IMG/VR virus record: IMGVR_UViG_3300032233_003305
Span: 1-38,800 of that record
DNA length: 38,800 nucleotides
Strand: one strand, 5' to 3'
From: a virus
Taxonomy: Duplodnaviria; Caudoviricetes
In this document: one piece after another, positions 5,808 to 16,900 of the stretch
Numbering within the stretch: position 1 is the stretch's first letter
How the letters are laid out: each line of letters starts with the position of its first letter
Made by a program: the position numbers and the translations under genes
Notes under the pieces: model-generated
What the model was told of the DNA's origin: nothing
The model's database searches: none
What the model saw: only the letters and a program-made list of their open reading frames with translations

Positions 5808-5936
5808 ATGTTCACTATCCGCTACTTTGCTCCCTATTCTCAACAGTGGAGAATCGAATACTTTTCAACAAAATGGCAAGCAGAGGAAAGGATTGCGTTC
5901 TATCGTAGTTGCGGATCACCCGCAGATTTTGCCTGA
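5808..5936 (+). CDS. Small hypothetical protein (42 aa)
   Basis: MFTIRYFAPY...FYRSCGSPADFA; preceded by hairpin GGGGGAGA-CAA-TCTCCCCC. Confidence 0.7.
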   Translation: MFTIRYFAPYSQQWRIEYFSTKWQAEERIAFYRSCGSPADFA

Positions 5937-6128
5937 TTAGTATTCGTTCGTGGGCGCAGTTGTTTATACTTAGCGCCCACACTTCCATTGATGAGGATAC
6001 CTGATTATTCGTTCGTTCGTGATTTGCAGTCCTTATGGTTGCCGCCGATCCGCGCCCTTAAGCCCATGGGTCCCTTCCAATCTATAAACGACCCAGATCG
6101 ACCTGTATATATCACGAGACTCAAAAAT

Positions 6129-6189
6129 TTCCGCGCCCCAAAAAGATCTTCCGCGCCCCAAAAAGATCTTCCAAAACCCACAAAGATTC
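6129..6189 (+). repeat. 20-bp tandem repeat
   Basis: TTCCGCGCCCCAAAAAGATC twice (6129-6168), then a degenerate copy. Confidence 0.85.
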
Positions 6190-6244
6190 TCCAAAACCTC
6201 AAAATACTATATAATTTTGAAAAGGGTAAATTACAATACTTAAT

Positions 6245-6418
6245 ATGAAAAAAAATTCCGGGGAAATTTTTGAGTCTGTACAGGTCGATCCAATTACTGG
6301 AGACTATTATGTAATTATTCCAGAGAGTATCGCCAATGAACTCTCATGGTATGAAGATACTGAGATTAGTTTTAAAGTCGAAGGAGATGAGGTTATTCTC
6401 ACCGAACGCACAGATTGA
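6245..6418 (+). CDS. AbrB/MazE-like swapped-hairpin DNA-binding protein (57 aa)
   Basis: YYVIIPESIANELSWYEDTEISFKVEGDEVIL fits the AbrB pattern; TATAAT at 6210-6215 upstream. Confidence 0.65.
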   Translation: MKKNSGEIFESVQVDPITGDYYVIIPESIANELSWYEDTEISFKVEGDEVILTERTD

Positions 6419-6443
6419 CAAACACTATATAATGAGTTATGAT
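6415..6443 (+). promoter_or_regulatory. sigma70-type promoter
   Basis: TTGACA-17 nt-TATGAT. Confidence 0.75.
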
Positions 6444-6465
6444 ACTGAAGTAACCGCATAAAATT

Positions 6466-7224
6466 ATGGCTAAAGGATTTACTGTAAAAGCAAAATCACC
6501 TATTGTAGGACAATCTCAGGAAGAATGGGATTATAACCTTGCAAAAGAAATGGTAAAGGGCAAGTCGATTGTATTTTGCCTTCCAGGTCGCGGAGTTTCT
6601 TATACTTACCTGAAAAGTTTTGTACAACTCTGTTTTGACCTTGTTCAGTCTGGAGCGAGCATTCAAATCTCGCAGGATTATTCATCAATGGTAAACTTTG
6701 CCCGATGCAAATGTTTAGGAGCAAATGTACTGCGTGGACCTGACCAGATTCCCTGGGATGGCAAACTAAATTATGATTGGCAACTTTGGATCGATAGTGA
6801 CATTGTTTTCAATAGTGAAAAGTTTTGGCAATTGGTTCTGATGGAAAAGGATATCGCCTCTGGATGGTATGCAACTGAGGACGGCCACACGACTTCAGTT
6901 GCTCATTGGATGGAAGAAGATGATTTCCGCAATAATGGTGGAGTCATGAATCATGAAACTGTTGATAGTATCTCGAAGCGTCGTAAACCATTCACCGTCG
7001 ATTATGCCGGATTTGGATGGTTGCTCATCAAGAAGGGAGTCTTTGAACACTCTGAGATGAAGTATCCATGGTTTGCTCCGAAGATGCAAGTCTTTGAATC
7101 TGGAGAGGTTCAGGATATGTGTGGAGAAGATGTATCATTCTGCCTCGATGCAAAAGAAGCAGGCTTTGAAATCTGGTGTGATCCTCGGGTACGAGTTGGT
7201 CACGAAAAAACAAGAGTTCTTTGA
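6466..7224 (+). CDS. GT-A fold glycosyltransferase-like protein
   Basis: DxD motif WIDSDIVF, GFGWLLI, GEDVSFC, VGH. Confidence 0.8.
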   Translation: MAKGFTVKAKSPIVGQSQEEWDYNLAKEMVKGKSIVFCLPGRGVSYTYLKSFVQLCFDLVQSGASIQISQDYSSMVNFARCKCLGANVLRGPDQIPWDGKLNYDWQLWIDSDIVFNSEKFWQLVLMEKDIASGWYATEDGHTTSVAHWMEEDDFRNNGGVMNHETVDSISKRRKPFTVDYAGFGWLLIKKGVFEHSEMKYPWFAPKMQVFESGEVQDMCGEDVSFCLDAKEAGFEIWCDPRVRVGHEKTRVL

Positions 7225-7228
7225 TACA

Positions 7229-7390
7229 ATGGCAGACAAGTACAACATACTTTGTAAAGGGCGTAAAATATACTCCTCACTTACACAAGAAGAGTACTTC
7301 GATGTTATGGAGGACCTGGCATATGATTTTTATCAGACAGGTTCTCCAAATCCAAACGAAATTGAAACTGAGGTAATTAAAAATGGCTAA
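7229..7390 (+). CDS. Small hypothetical protein (53 aa)
   Basis: Start moved to ATG 7229 (MADKYNILCKGRKIY). Confidence 0.75.
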   Translation: MADKYNILCKGRKIYSSLTQEEYFDVMEDLAYDFYQTGSPNPNEIETEVIKNG

Positions 7391-7523
7391 GCGTCCGTCA
7401 CTGTCTGGCAACATTATTGAGTCAAAACCTAAAAAGACTCGTCAAGGAACTGGTGCTCATACTAAGTATGCCGCTACTTCTCGTAATGAATCTAAGAAAA
7501 GATATAGAGGTCAAGGTAGATAA
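7383..7523 (+). CDS. Small basic protein (46 aa)
   Basis: MAKRPSLSG...PKKTRQG...KKRYRGQGR*; exactly fills the gap between its neighbours. Confidence 0.8.
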   Translation: MAKRPSLSGNIIESKPKKTRQGTGAHTKYAATSRNESKKRYRGQGR

Positions 7524-8018
7524 ATGAAAAAAATTCTCTTTATCTCTGAAGATAGAGAAAAATCTTTAATTCAGGAAATGAACTATAAGATTAAAATGGC
7601 AAATTTGGATATTCATCCATCTAATACATGCTTTCTTATGGTCTCTCCCGACTATTCTGCAATTGCAACACAACATCTCTCCCATTCATTATCAATGGAT
7701 GGAGAGATTTTTCATATTGAGGCAGTCAATGTACCATTTCCGGACGAAGATGTCAGCATTTATAAAGATGAATTTACTCAAAACTTTATGAAATGGAAGA
7801 CAAAATGGGATAATTTTGTTTTAATTGAAGCGGGAGTTATTCGTGGAGGTAATTATTCTTGGATTACCCAGATAATGAATGTGAATGTTCATACAATAGC
7901 ATTATGCGAGAACATTCATAGTGCTTTTAAAAGTGATTTTGTTAGTTTATACTATGATGATACTCAAGAAGACCTTCATTTTTGGTGGGAGCAACCAAAT
8001 AACCATTGGAAATCTTAA
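7524..8018 (+). CDS. Phosphoribosyltransferase-like protein
   Basis: FVLIEAGVIRGGNY resembles a type I PRPP-binding loop (degenerate); ends FWWE. Confidence 0.55.
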   Translation: MKKILFISEDREKSLIQEMNYKIKMANLDIHPSNTCFLMVSPDYSAIATQHLSHSLSMDGEIFHIEAVNVPFPDEDVSIYKDEFTQNFMKWKTKWDNFVLIEAGVIRGGNYSWITQIMNVNVHTIALCENIHSAFKSDFVSLYYDDTQEDLHFWWEQPNNHWKS

Positions 8019-8063
8019 ATAAATAAATTTTTAGTGGATTTTTATGCCTTGGAACGTTTTTCA

Positions 8064-8390
8064 ATGGGTAGACACCTCCTGTTAGAGGTGTACGATGTTA
8101 ATCACGACCTAATTAACAGTGGAATTGCTCTTGAAGAGGTAATGCTCAAAGGTATTAATCGGGCGGGAATGACCATCCTGAACATCTTCAAGCACTGTTT
8201 TATACCACAAGGATGTACAATCGTAATTGCGCTTGCTGAAAGTCATGTATCGTGTCATACATGGCCAGAAGAAGGTTGTCTGGCAATAGATGTTTATACA
8301 TGTGGTGAAGGAAATCCAAAATTAATTGCATTAGAACTATTAAAATACCTCAATTCAGATAATTACTCTCTCAGAGAAGTAAATCGTTAA
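8064..8390 (+). CDS. speD: S-adenosylmethionine decarboxylase proenzyme family
   Basis: GRHLLLE, autocleavage motif LAESHVSCHTWPE, DVYTCG. Start may be TTG 8049. Confidence 0.88.
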   Translation: MGRHLLLEVYDVNHDLINSGIALEEVMLKGINRAGMTILNIFKHCFIPQGCTIVIALAESHVSCHTWPEEGCLAIDVYTCGEGNPKLIALELLKYLNSDNYSLREVNR

Positions 8391-8457
8391 ATAAAAGTAG
8401 GGGAGATAGCAACCTCCTTCCAAAAAAAGTTCTGTTTTTAAAAAAACAGGAGCTAAA

Positions 8458-8640
8458 ATGTTAATTAAATCCGAAGATTCTCAAAAAAGAGTCATTCAAG
8501 AAGTTATGCACGATTATGCACCAAAGCACGATCTTAAAAAGCAAACTGAATTGCATGAAAAAATTCGCAATGATCAAGACTATGATGATTGGGATTATGG
8601 AACAGAACCAACTTATGGTTCTTCCTGGAAATCGACATAA
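8458..8640 (+). CDS. Hypothetical protein (60 aa)
   Basis: AGGAG SD upstream; late-promoter-like TAAATA at 8388-8393. Confidence 0.75.
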   Translation: MLIKSEDSQKRVIQEVMHDYAPKHDLKKQTELHEKIRNDQDYDDWDYGTEPTYGSSWKST

Positions 8641-8643
8641 ATA
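8637..8643 (+). promoter_or_regulatory. T4-type late promoter
   Basis: ATAAATA about 25 nt before gp25. Confidence 0.6.
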
Positions 8644-8666
8644 AAAGATAGAAATTTAATTCCCGA

Positions 8667-9068
8667 ATGGCAATACAAAGGATATCTAGATCGTTTAAAG
8701 ATATTAGTTTATCCTTTGATCCTCATCCGGTGACAAAGGATCTACCAATACTCAAGAATGAGAGAGCAATTACTAGATCAATTCGCAATCTAGTAGAAAC
8801 AATTCCAACTGAAAGATTTTTTAATTCTTTACTTGGATCTGAAGTTCGTTCAAGTTTATTTGAATTTGTAGACTATGGTACTGCATCTATCATACAAACT
8901 CAAATTGAAACTACAATTCAAAATTATGAATCAAGAGTGAATAATGTAAAAGTAGAAGTAGATCCTCAACCAGATGATAATTCATTTGAAGTAACTGTCA
9001 TATTTGATATCATTGGACAACAATTTCCCACGCAACAATTTACATTTCTACTAGAGGCAACCAGATAA
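8667..9068 (+). CDS. gp25: Baseplate wedge subunit gp25
   Basis: FKDISLSF, AITRSIRNLVETIPTERFF, YESRV. Confidence 0.92.
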   Translation: MAIQRISRSFKDISLSFDPHPVTKDLPILKNERAITRSIRNLVETIPTERFFNSLLGSEVRSSLFEFVDYGTASIIQTQIETTIQNYESRVNNVKVEVDPQPDDNSFEVTVIFDIIGQQFPTQQFTFLLEATR

Positions 9069-9069
9069 A

Positions 9070-10989
9070 ATGCCTTTTACTAAATTTACAAATCTAGACT
9101 TTGATCAAATAAGAACATCCATCAAGGATTATCTCCGTGCCAACTCTACATTCACGGATTTTGACTTTGAAGGATCTAATTTCTCTGTACTGATTGATAC
9201 ATTAGCATATAACACTTATATTACTGCATTTAACTCAAATATGATTGTGAATGAATCCTTTTTGGATTCTGCAACACTTAGAGAAAATGTAGTTTCACTC
9301 GCAAGAAATATTGGATATGTACCACGCTCTAAAACCTGCTCTAAGGCACAGGTAACGATTACTGGTACTACGACTGAAGATACTTCAACAGTAACTCTTC
9401 CAGCAGGTTTAGTATGCGTAGGAACTGCAAATGATACTTCTTACATCTTTTCTATTCCAGAAAATATCACAACAAAAGTAGTTAATGGATCTGTCACTTT
9501 TAATAAAATTGATCCTTCTGGAAATATTACTGGAATTGATATCTATCAAGGAACATTTTTAACAAAAACTTTTACAGTAGATGGATCTCTTGATCAAAGA
9601 TTTATTTTAAATAATTCTGATATTGATACTTCTACAATTTCCATCTATGTTAAAGGTATTCAAGATAGTGGATTGGGAATCAAATATTCATTAGTTGATA
9701 ACATCTTAAATATTGATTCAACATCGGAAATTTATTTAATACAAGAAGTTCAAGACGAAAAGTATGAGATTATTTTTGGTGATGGTAGATTTGGAAAGAA
9801 ATTGGAAAATAATGCAATTATAACAGTTCATTATATTGTAACTGATGGAAAAGATGGAAATGGGGCTTCTCAATTTACATTTCAATCTACATTAAAAACT
9901 TCCTCTGGAGGACCAACTACATTAAACGGAGCAACTGTTACAACAAATCAACGTTCCCAGAATGGTGCAGAGATAGAAGAAATTAATTCAATTAAGTACT
10001 TTGCCCCAAAAATCTATTCATCACAATATAGAGCAGTAACTGCGCGTGACTATGAGGCAATTATCAAGAAAATTTATCCAGATACAGAATCTGTAGCAAT
10101 TGTTGGTGGAGAGGAAATGGATCCACCAGAATATGGGACGGTTACTATTAGTATTAAACCCAAGGGTGGTACATATGTTTCATCCTTTAATAAAGAGCAA
10201 ATTCAAAATAAACTAAAGCAATACAGTGTTTCTGGTATTAATCAGAAAATTATCGATCTTAAAATACTTTATGTCGAGATTGATAGTTCGGTCTATTATA
10301 ATTCTAATCAAGTACCCACAGAAGGATCTTTAAAAACAAAGGTACTCAATTCACTTACAGAATATTCAGAATCAACAGATTTGAATAAATTTGGTGGAAG
10401 ATTTAAATATAGTAAAGTTTTGCAAATTATTGACAATACAGATGTTTCAATTACATCCAATATTACAAAAGTCAAAATTAGAAGAGATCTTAAAGCACTA
10501 ATAAATCAGTTTTCTCAATATGAAATATGTTTTGGTAATAAATTTCATGCAAATCCTAAAGGTTATAATATTAAATCTACCGGATTTAAAATTGCTACAG
10601 AAACTGAAATGTTGTATTTTACAGATACACCAAACCCTGATGGACTAACTGGAATTATATCAGTTGTAAAGAAAAATCCAACCTCTGAAGGTAAAATTCA
10701 AATCGTTGCACAATCTGCAGGAACTGTAGATTATGTAAGGGGGGAAATTAAATTGGGAGCAATTAACATTACTTCCACTGAGAAGGAAAATGATATTGTT
10801 GAAATTCAAGCATATCCAGAATCGAACGATGTGCTTGGATTAAAGGATTTATATTTAAGTTTTGATATTTCAAAAAGTTCAATAAATATGATTAGGGATG
10901 TAATTGCATCTGGAGATGAAATATCTGGGACAACATTTGCCAGAGATTATTATACATCAAGTTACTCAAACGGAAACCTAACAAGATAA
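9070..10989 (+). CDS. gp6: Baseplate wedge subunit gp6
   Basis: LDFDQI, FTDFDFEGS, ESFLDSATLRENVVSLARNIGY, FGDG, RAVTARDY. Confidence 0.95.
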   Translation: MPFTKFTNLDFDQIRTSIKDYLRANSTFTDFDFEGSNFSVLIDTLAYNTYITAFNSNMIVNESFLDSATLRENVVSLARNIGYVPRSKTCSKAQVTITGTTTEDTSTVTLPAGLVCVGTANDTSYIFSIPENITTKVVNGSVTFNKIDPSGNITGIDIYQGTFLTKTFTVDGSLDQRFILNNSDIDTSTISIYVKGIQDSGLGIKYSLVDNILNIDSTSEIYLIQEVQDEKYEIIFGDGRFGKKLENNAIITVHYIVTDGKDGNGASQFTFQSTLKTSSGGPTTLNGATVTTNQRSQNGAEIEEINSIKYFAPKIYSSQYRAVTARDYEAIIKKIYPDTESVAIVGGEEMDPPEYGTVTISIKPKGGTYVSSFNKEQIQNKLKQYSVSGINQKIIDLKILYVEIDSSVYYNSNQVPTEGSLKTKVLNSLTEYSESTDLNKFGGRFKYSKVLQIIDNTDVSITSNITKVKIRRDLKALINQFSQYEICFGNKFHANPKGYNIKSTGFKIATETEMLYFTDTPNPDGLTGIISVVKKNPTSEGKIQIVAQSAGTVDYVRGEIKLGAINITSTEKENDIVEIQAYPESNDVLGLKDLYLSFDISKSSINMIRDVIASGDEISGTTFARDYYTSSYSNGNLTR

Positions 10990-10993
10990 TAAT

Positions 10994-13900
10994 ATGATAC
11001 AGACGGGATTTGAGTCTAGAGTCAAAATACAGCAAATAATTGACAACCAACTTCCAGAATTTATACTGGATGAAAGTCCCAAAGCTTCAGAATTTTTGAA
11101 GCAATATTATATTTCTCAAGAATATCAAGGTGGTCCTGTTGATATTGCAGAAAATTTAGATCAGTATTTAAAATTAGATAATTTAACTCCAGAGGTGGTT
11201 GTAGGTAATGTTAGTCTTAGTACCAACATTACCTCTACTGTAGGAATTATTACAGTAACAAGTACAAAAGGATTTCCCCAAAAATATGGTTTGATTAAAA
11301 TTGGTAATGAAATTATCACTTATACTGGTATTACCACTAATACTTTTACCGGATGTATTCGTGGATTTAGTGGTATTACTTCATATCATGCAGTATCCAA
11401 TCAGGAAGAATTGGTATTTTCTACTTCAGAATCTTCAGTACATACCTCAGGATCTTCTGTACAAAATTTAAGTTCTTTATTTCTAAAAGAATTTTATAAA
11501 AAACTAAAGTATACACTAACTCCAGGATTGGAGGATGTAGATTTTGTTTCCGATTTAAATGTAGGAAACTTTATTAAAAATGCAAGATCTTTTTATCAAT
11601 CTAAAGGTACTGATGAATCTTTTAGAATTTTATTCAATATTCTTTTTGGAGTAACTCCAAAAATAGTAAATTTAGAAAATTTCTTAATTAAACCTTCTGC
11701 TGCACAATATGTAAGAAGAAGAGTTGTTTCTGCAGAAAGAATTTCTGGAGATCCTTCAAAATTAGTTGGACAATCAATTTTCAAATCTACCGATCCTACT
11801 ACCAGTGCATCAGTATCTGAAATAGAAATATTTACGAAAAGTAATACAAAATATTATAAGATTTCCCTTTTTATTGGTTATGATGATAGATCTGCAATTG
11901 AAGGAAACTTTACTATTACGCAGAATACAAAATGTTTAGAAAATATTTCCACAGGATCTTCTATTATCTCAGTTGATTCTACAATTGGATTTAAAGAATC
12001 TGGAACTATTGTATCCGGAAATAATATAATAAATTATACAAATAAAACAATTAATCAATTTTTGGGTTGTACAGGTGTAAGTGAAGAAATTAATTCTGCA
12101 GATAATATAAGATCTGATGAAATTTATTTTGGATATGAAAATGGGGATACTACTAAAAAAGTAGAATTTAGAATCACCGGGGTACTATCCGAATTTGTAC
12201 CAGTATCACAATCTTTTAAAGTTTCTGTTGGAGATGAAATTTCAATAAAAAGTCTAGGAGAAATAATTGAAGATACTGGTAGTTCTTATAAAGAAATTTT
12301 TGCAAATTCGTGGATCTACAATACAAGTTCAAGATATGAGATAGAAACTTTTAGTGGATCCAAACCAATACTTAAAAGCACTACTAATAAATCAAGTTTA
12401 AAAGTAGGAGACACTGTTGAAATTGTAGAAAGATATAGTAATATAGTAAGATATCCAACTACGATCTCAAATGTACCTTATGTAAAATCCATTGACAGTG
12501 ATTTAAAAACACTTGAATTGAATGATTTTTCATTATCCAATTGGTATAATAATAGCGTAGAATATGATTTGAGAAGAAAGGTTAATAAAGCAAGCAGTTC
12601 TACAATTCCTATTGAATATGGCAATGATGCCATTTTATCTGATGTATTGAATGTATATAAGGAAAATGGTGATTATGCATATGTCGCTTCAAATTCCTTT
12701 CCATCAAACAATAATAATTTACCAAGACCTTATACTTATCAGATAACTGCAAATACTAGATCTTCAATAGCTATTCAGATATCAGACAAAATTGATGAAA
12801 ATTATTATAGTACAATAAGTTTTAATGATTCTGTTCCCTTTATTTCTGGAGACAAAGTTTATTATCAACCAAGTTCATCAGTTATTTCTGGATTAGAAAC
12901 TGGATCTTATTATGTTGAGGTTCAAGAAAATAATAAAAAAATCAAATTGTATGACTCAAGATCTTTTATTGGCAGTAACAATTATGTAAAATATTTAAAT
13001 TCAACTTTTAATTCACAAAATACTCACAAATTTGTTTTATACTCACAAAAATCTCAAATTATTGGTACTCAAAAACTACTTAAAAAATTTCTATTAGATC
13101 CAAATATTCAAAATGGAACTGGAGAATTAACTCAAACAGGTTCAACTGGATTATTAATTAATGGTGTTGAAATTGAAAATTATAAATCAAATGATAAAGT
13201 TTATTATGGGCCTTTGTCGTCTGTCAATGTTTTGAATGGTGGAAGTAATTATGATGTTATAAATCCACCATTGGTTACAATTTCTGCTGGATTAGGAATA
13301 ACTGCATTAGTTCAACCAGTTTTAAGTGGAAACATTCAAAAAGTATTTGTAGATTCTCAAGATTTTGATATTAATACTATTGTATCAATCGCAGTAACGG
13401 GGGGTAATGGTAAAGGGGCAGTATTGGAACCCATTTTGAAGAAAAGATATCGAGAAATTTACTTTGATGGGAGATTGTCGCCATCTGGTGGAGTGGATTA
13501 TACAAATGAAACTATAACATTTTTAAGCAATCATAATTTAAATAATGGCGATAGAGTAATTTATAATTCTAATGGAAACAGTGAAATTGGTGTTGGCTCT
13601 TTTGGTGGATCCAATAATGATCAAAATAAAACTTTATCCAACAATTCTGAATATTATATAAAAAAAGAAAGCAACAATACTATCAAATTATATCCATCAT
13701 TTTCCGAATATTCAGTTGGAATTAATACAATAGGATTTACTGAAGTATACAATTCTGGAATTCACAAGTTTACATCAGTATCTGATAAAAAAACAATATC
13801 AGAAATTAAAGTACTTGATGGAGGACAAGGATATCAAAATAGAAAATTAATTGTAGGCCCAAGCGGAGTATCTACTACAAATCATACAATTAATTTTAAT

Positions 13901-16900
13901 AATCATGGATTTGATGAGGGAGATCTTATTGAATATAATTATCAAACAACGGCAATTGTAGGTCTTTCTTCATCATATCAATATTATATTTCAAAATTGG
14001 ATGATAATTCTTTTAGATTATTTAATGCTGGGATTGGAGGCACAAATCTTTCAAATTATAATAGAAAAAATTACATTAAATTTTCTTCAACAGGATCTGG
14101 ATATCAATATTTCAAATATCCTGATATTTCAGTTTCAATAACTTATTCTAGAGAGAGTTCTAGTGACTATACTACAATTATAGCAACTCCTGTGGTTAGG
14201 GGAAGTATTGTTGACACCTATTTGTATGAAAGTGGTACAGGTTATGGATCAACAATATTGAATTTTCACAAAAAACCGTTAATATCCATAAAGACTGGAA
14301 AAGAAGCTCAATTGAAACCAATCATCATTAATGGTACAATTGATTCGGTCAATCTTCAATATGGTGGATATGATTACTATTCTGTCCCAGATTTAATTAT
14401 AACAGATCCTACCAATTCTGGAATAGGTGCAGAATTGAGACCAGTTATAGTAAATGGAAAAATAACTTCAGTAAAAATTATTAACCCTGGAATAGGGTAT
14501 TCAACTTCCACATCTATTTTAGTAAAATCTTCAGGTATTAATGCACTTCTTGATGCTAGAGTTAGAAGTTTAACCGCAAATAATAACAAAAAATTTGGGG
14601 ATGAATTATTACTTGAAAAAAGAGATGGTGATAAGTTAAAGTATTCCGTTTCTGGATACTTTGATACTCTTAGAACTTCTTTTAACGATGTTGGATCAGA
14701 GCATTCTCCAATTATTGGATGGTCTTATGATGGCAATCCAATATATGGACCTTATGGATATGAAGATGAAGAAAACTCATCCTCTTCACTAAAAATATTA
14801 GAATCTGGTTATGAATTAAATATTGGTAATGTTAAAGATAGACCAAATGGATTTCAAAATGGATTCTTTGTTGAAGACTATACATATACAAATTCTGGTG
14901 ATTTAGATGAATATAATGGAAGATTTGGAAAAACTCCAGAATTTCCAAATGGAGTTTATGCATATTTTGCCACTCTAGAAAGTCAAACTTTAAAATCAAC
15001 ATTTCCATATTTTATTGGAAATAAGTATAGATCAAATTACATAACAGATAATTCTAATATTGATCAATCATTCGATTTTAATAACTCATCATTACTTAGA
15101 AATACTTTTCCATATAAAATTTCCGATAAATATGCAACTAATGATTTTATAATTGAATCGAATGAGTTCTCGGATCAAAAATCTATTATTGAATCAGTAA
15201 AGGAAGGATCTATAGAAAATTTCGACATTTTAAATTCTGGATCAGATTATAAAATTAATGATTCCTTAGAATTTGATAATACTGATACATCTGGAGGTGG
15301 ATTAATTGCAAAAGTATCCTCAATAAAAGGGAAGGAAATTGTAAATATTAACACTTTGATACAAACTTATGATAGTGCTTCTTTTAGTTGGAAAAATGAA
15401 AGGGAAGTAAAGGCATTTATCAAACCATATCATACATTATCCAATAGAGATTATATTACAATTTCCGGACTTTCTACTAATCTAAGTCAATTAAATGGAT
15501 CCTACCAAATAGGAGTTACTTCATATTCATCTTCCTGTATTTCTTCAATAACTTCATCAACAGTAGGATTTTCTACTGAAATTTATGTATCCCAATTACC
15601 TTCAGAACCAATATCAGTTGGAAGTAGTATTGTTATTGGTAATGAAACATTAAAAGTTCTGGAAGTATTTAAAAATTTAAATATTTTGAAAGTTCAAAGA
15701 GGTTCTAGTGGAGTATCTCACACTGCAACAACACAAATAAATTTCTTGCCAGATTATTTTACATTTACAAATAATACCAATTATTTTGATTCATATCCAA
15801 CTAATAAAGTTTATTTTAATCCAAAAGAAAGTATTGGAGTTGGTACAGATGTTGGAATTACAAGTTCTATAACTTTTAGTTTTGGAGTCTCTTCAATAAC
15901 TAGAATAATTCCAACGAAAGGAATTTATATTGAAAATCATCCATTTAAAGATAATCAAAAAGTTATTTTTGAAAAACCTGCAGGAAATCCTCAACTTTCA
16001 ATATCAACTACATCTAATCTTGCAGATGCGGTTAATTTTCCAAGTTCTGGAAATTCTCAAATAGCATATATTGTAAACAAAAATAAAAATACAATAGGGA
16101 TAAAAACAAGTATAAATTCTGCAGAAGTATTTTTTACAAGTATTAATGGTGCTGATAACGATGAATATTCTTTTAGTAGTACTTATGATCAAATAATTGG
16201 TAATGTAGAAAAAATCAAATCTACGGTTTCAGTTTCCACTTCTCATAATTTGACCAATGGAGATTTAATTAATCTGACTGTTAATCCAAATCTATCAGTT
16301 GGTATTGGTACTTCAACCTCAATTTATGTTAAAAGAAACTTAAATGATAATAAAATTCTTATAAATCCCATTGGATTCAACTCGACTGGTATTAGTACAC
16401 AAACAAATATTATTACAATTAATTCACATAACTTAAATACTGGTGATAAAATCTACTATTCATCAACAGATGTAATTGCATCAGGGTTGTCTACAGGATC
16501 ATATTTTGTGTATAAAGTTGATAATAATAAGATTAAACTTTCCGAAACATATACTGATTCCAAACTCAATCCACCAGTAGTAGTAAGTATTGCAAGTACC
16601 GGTGGAAAATATCAAAATATTTCATTAATAAATTCACAAATAAAATCAGTTAAGAATAATAATTTAGTATTCAAATTATCAGATTCTTCTTTATCTGGAT
16701 ATAAATTTAAAATTTATTATGATCAAGAATTTAAAAATGAATTCGTTTCTACCGCTACAACTTCAGGATTTGCACTAATTGGGGTTGGAACTGTAGGAGT
16801 ATCTTCAACTGCATCATTAACTATAAAATATGATAATAATTTTCCAACCCAGTTATATTATAATTTAGAAAAATCTGGATACATAAGTACTTCTGATAAA

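Noticed and set aside
640-6248. Minus-strand and alternate-frame ORFs in the accessory region, including 2950-3216, 3292-3522 and 5988-6248
   Set aside because: They overlap better-supported + genes, repeats or promoters and lack coding character.
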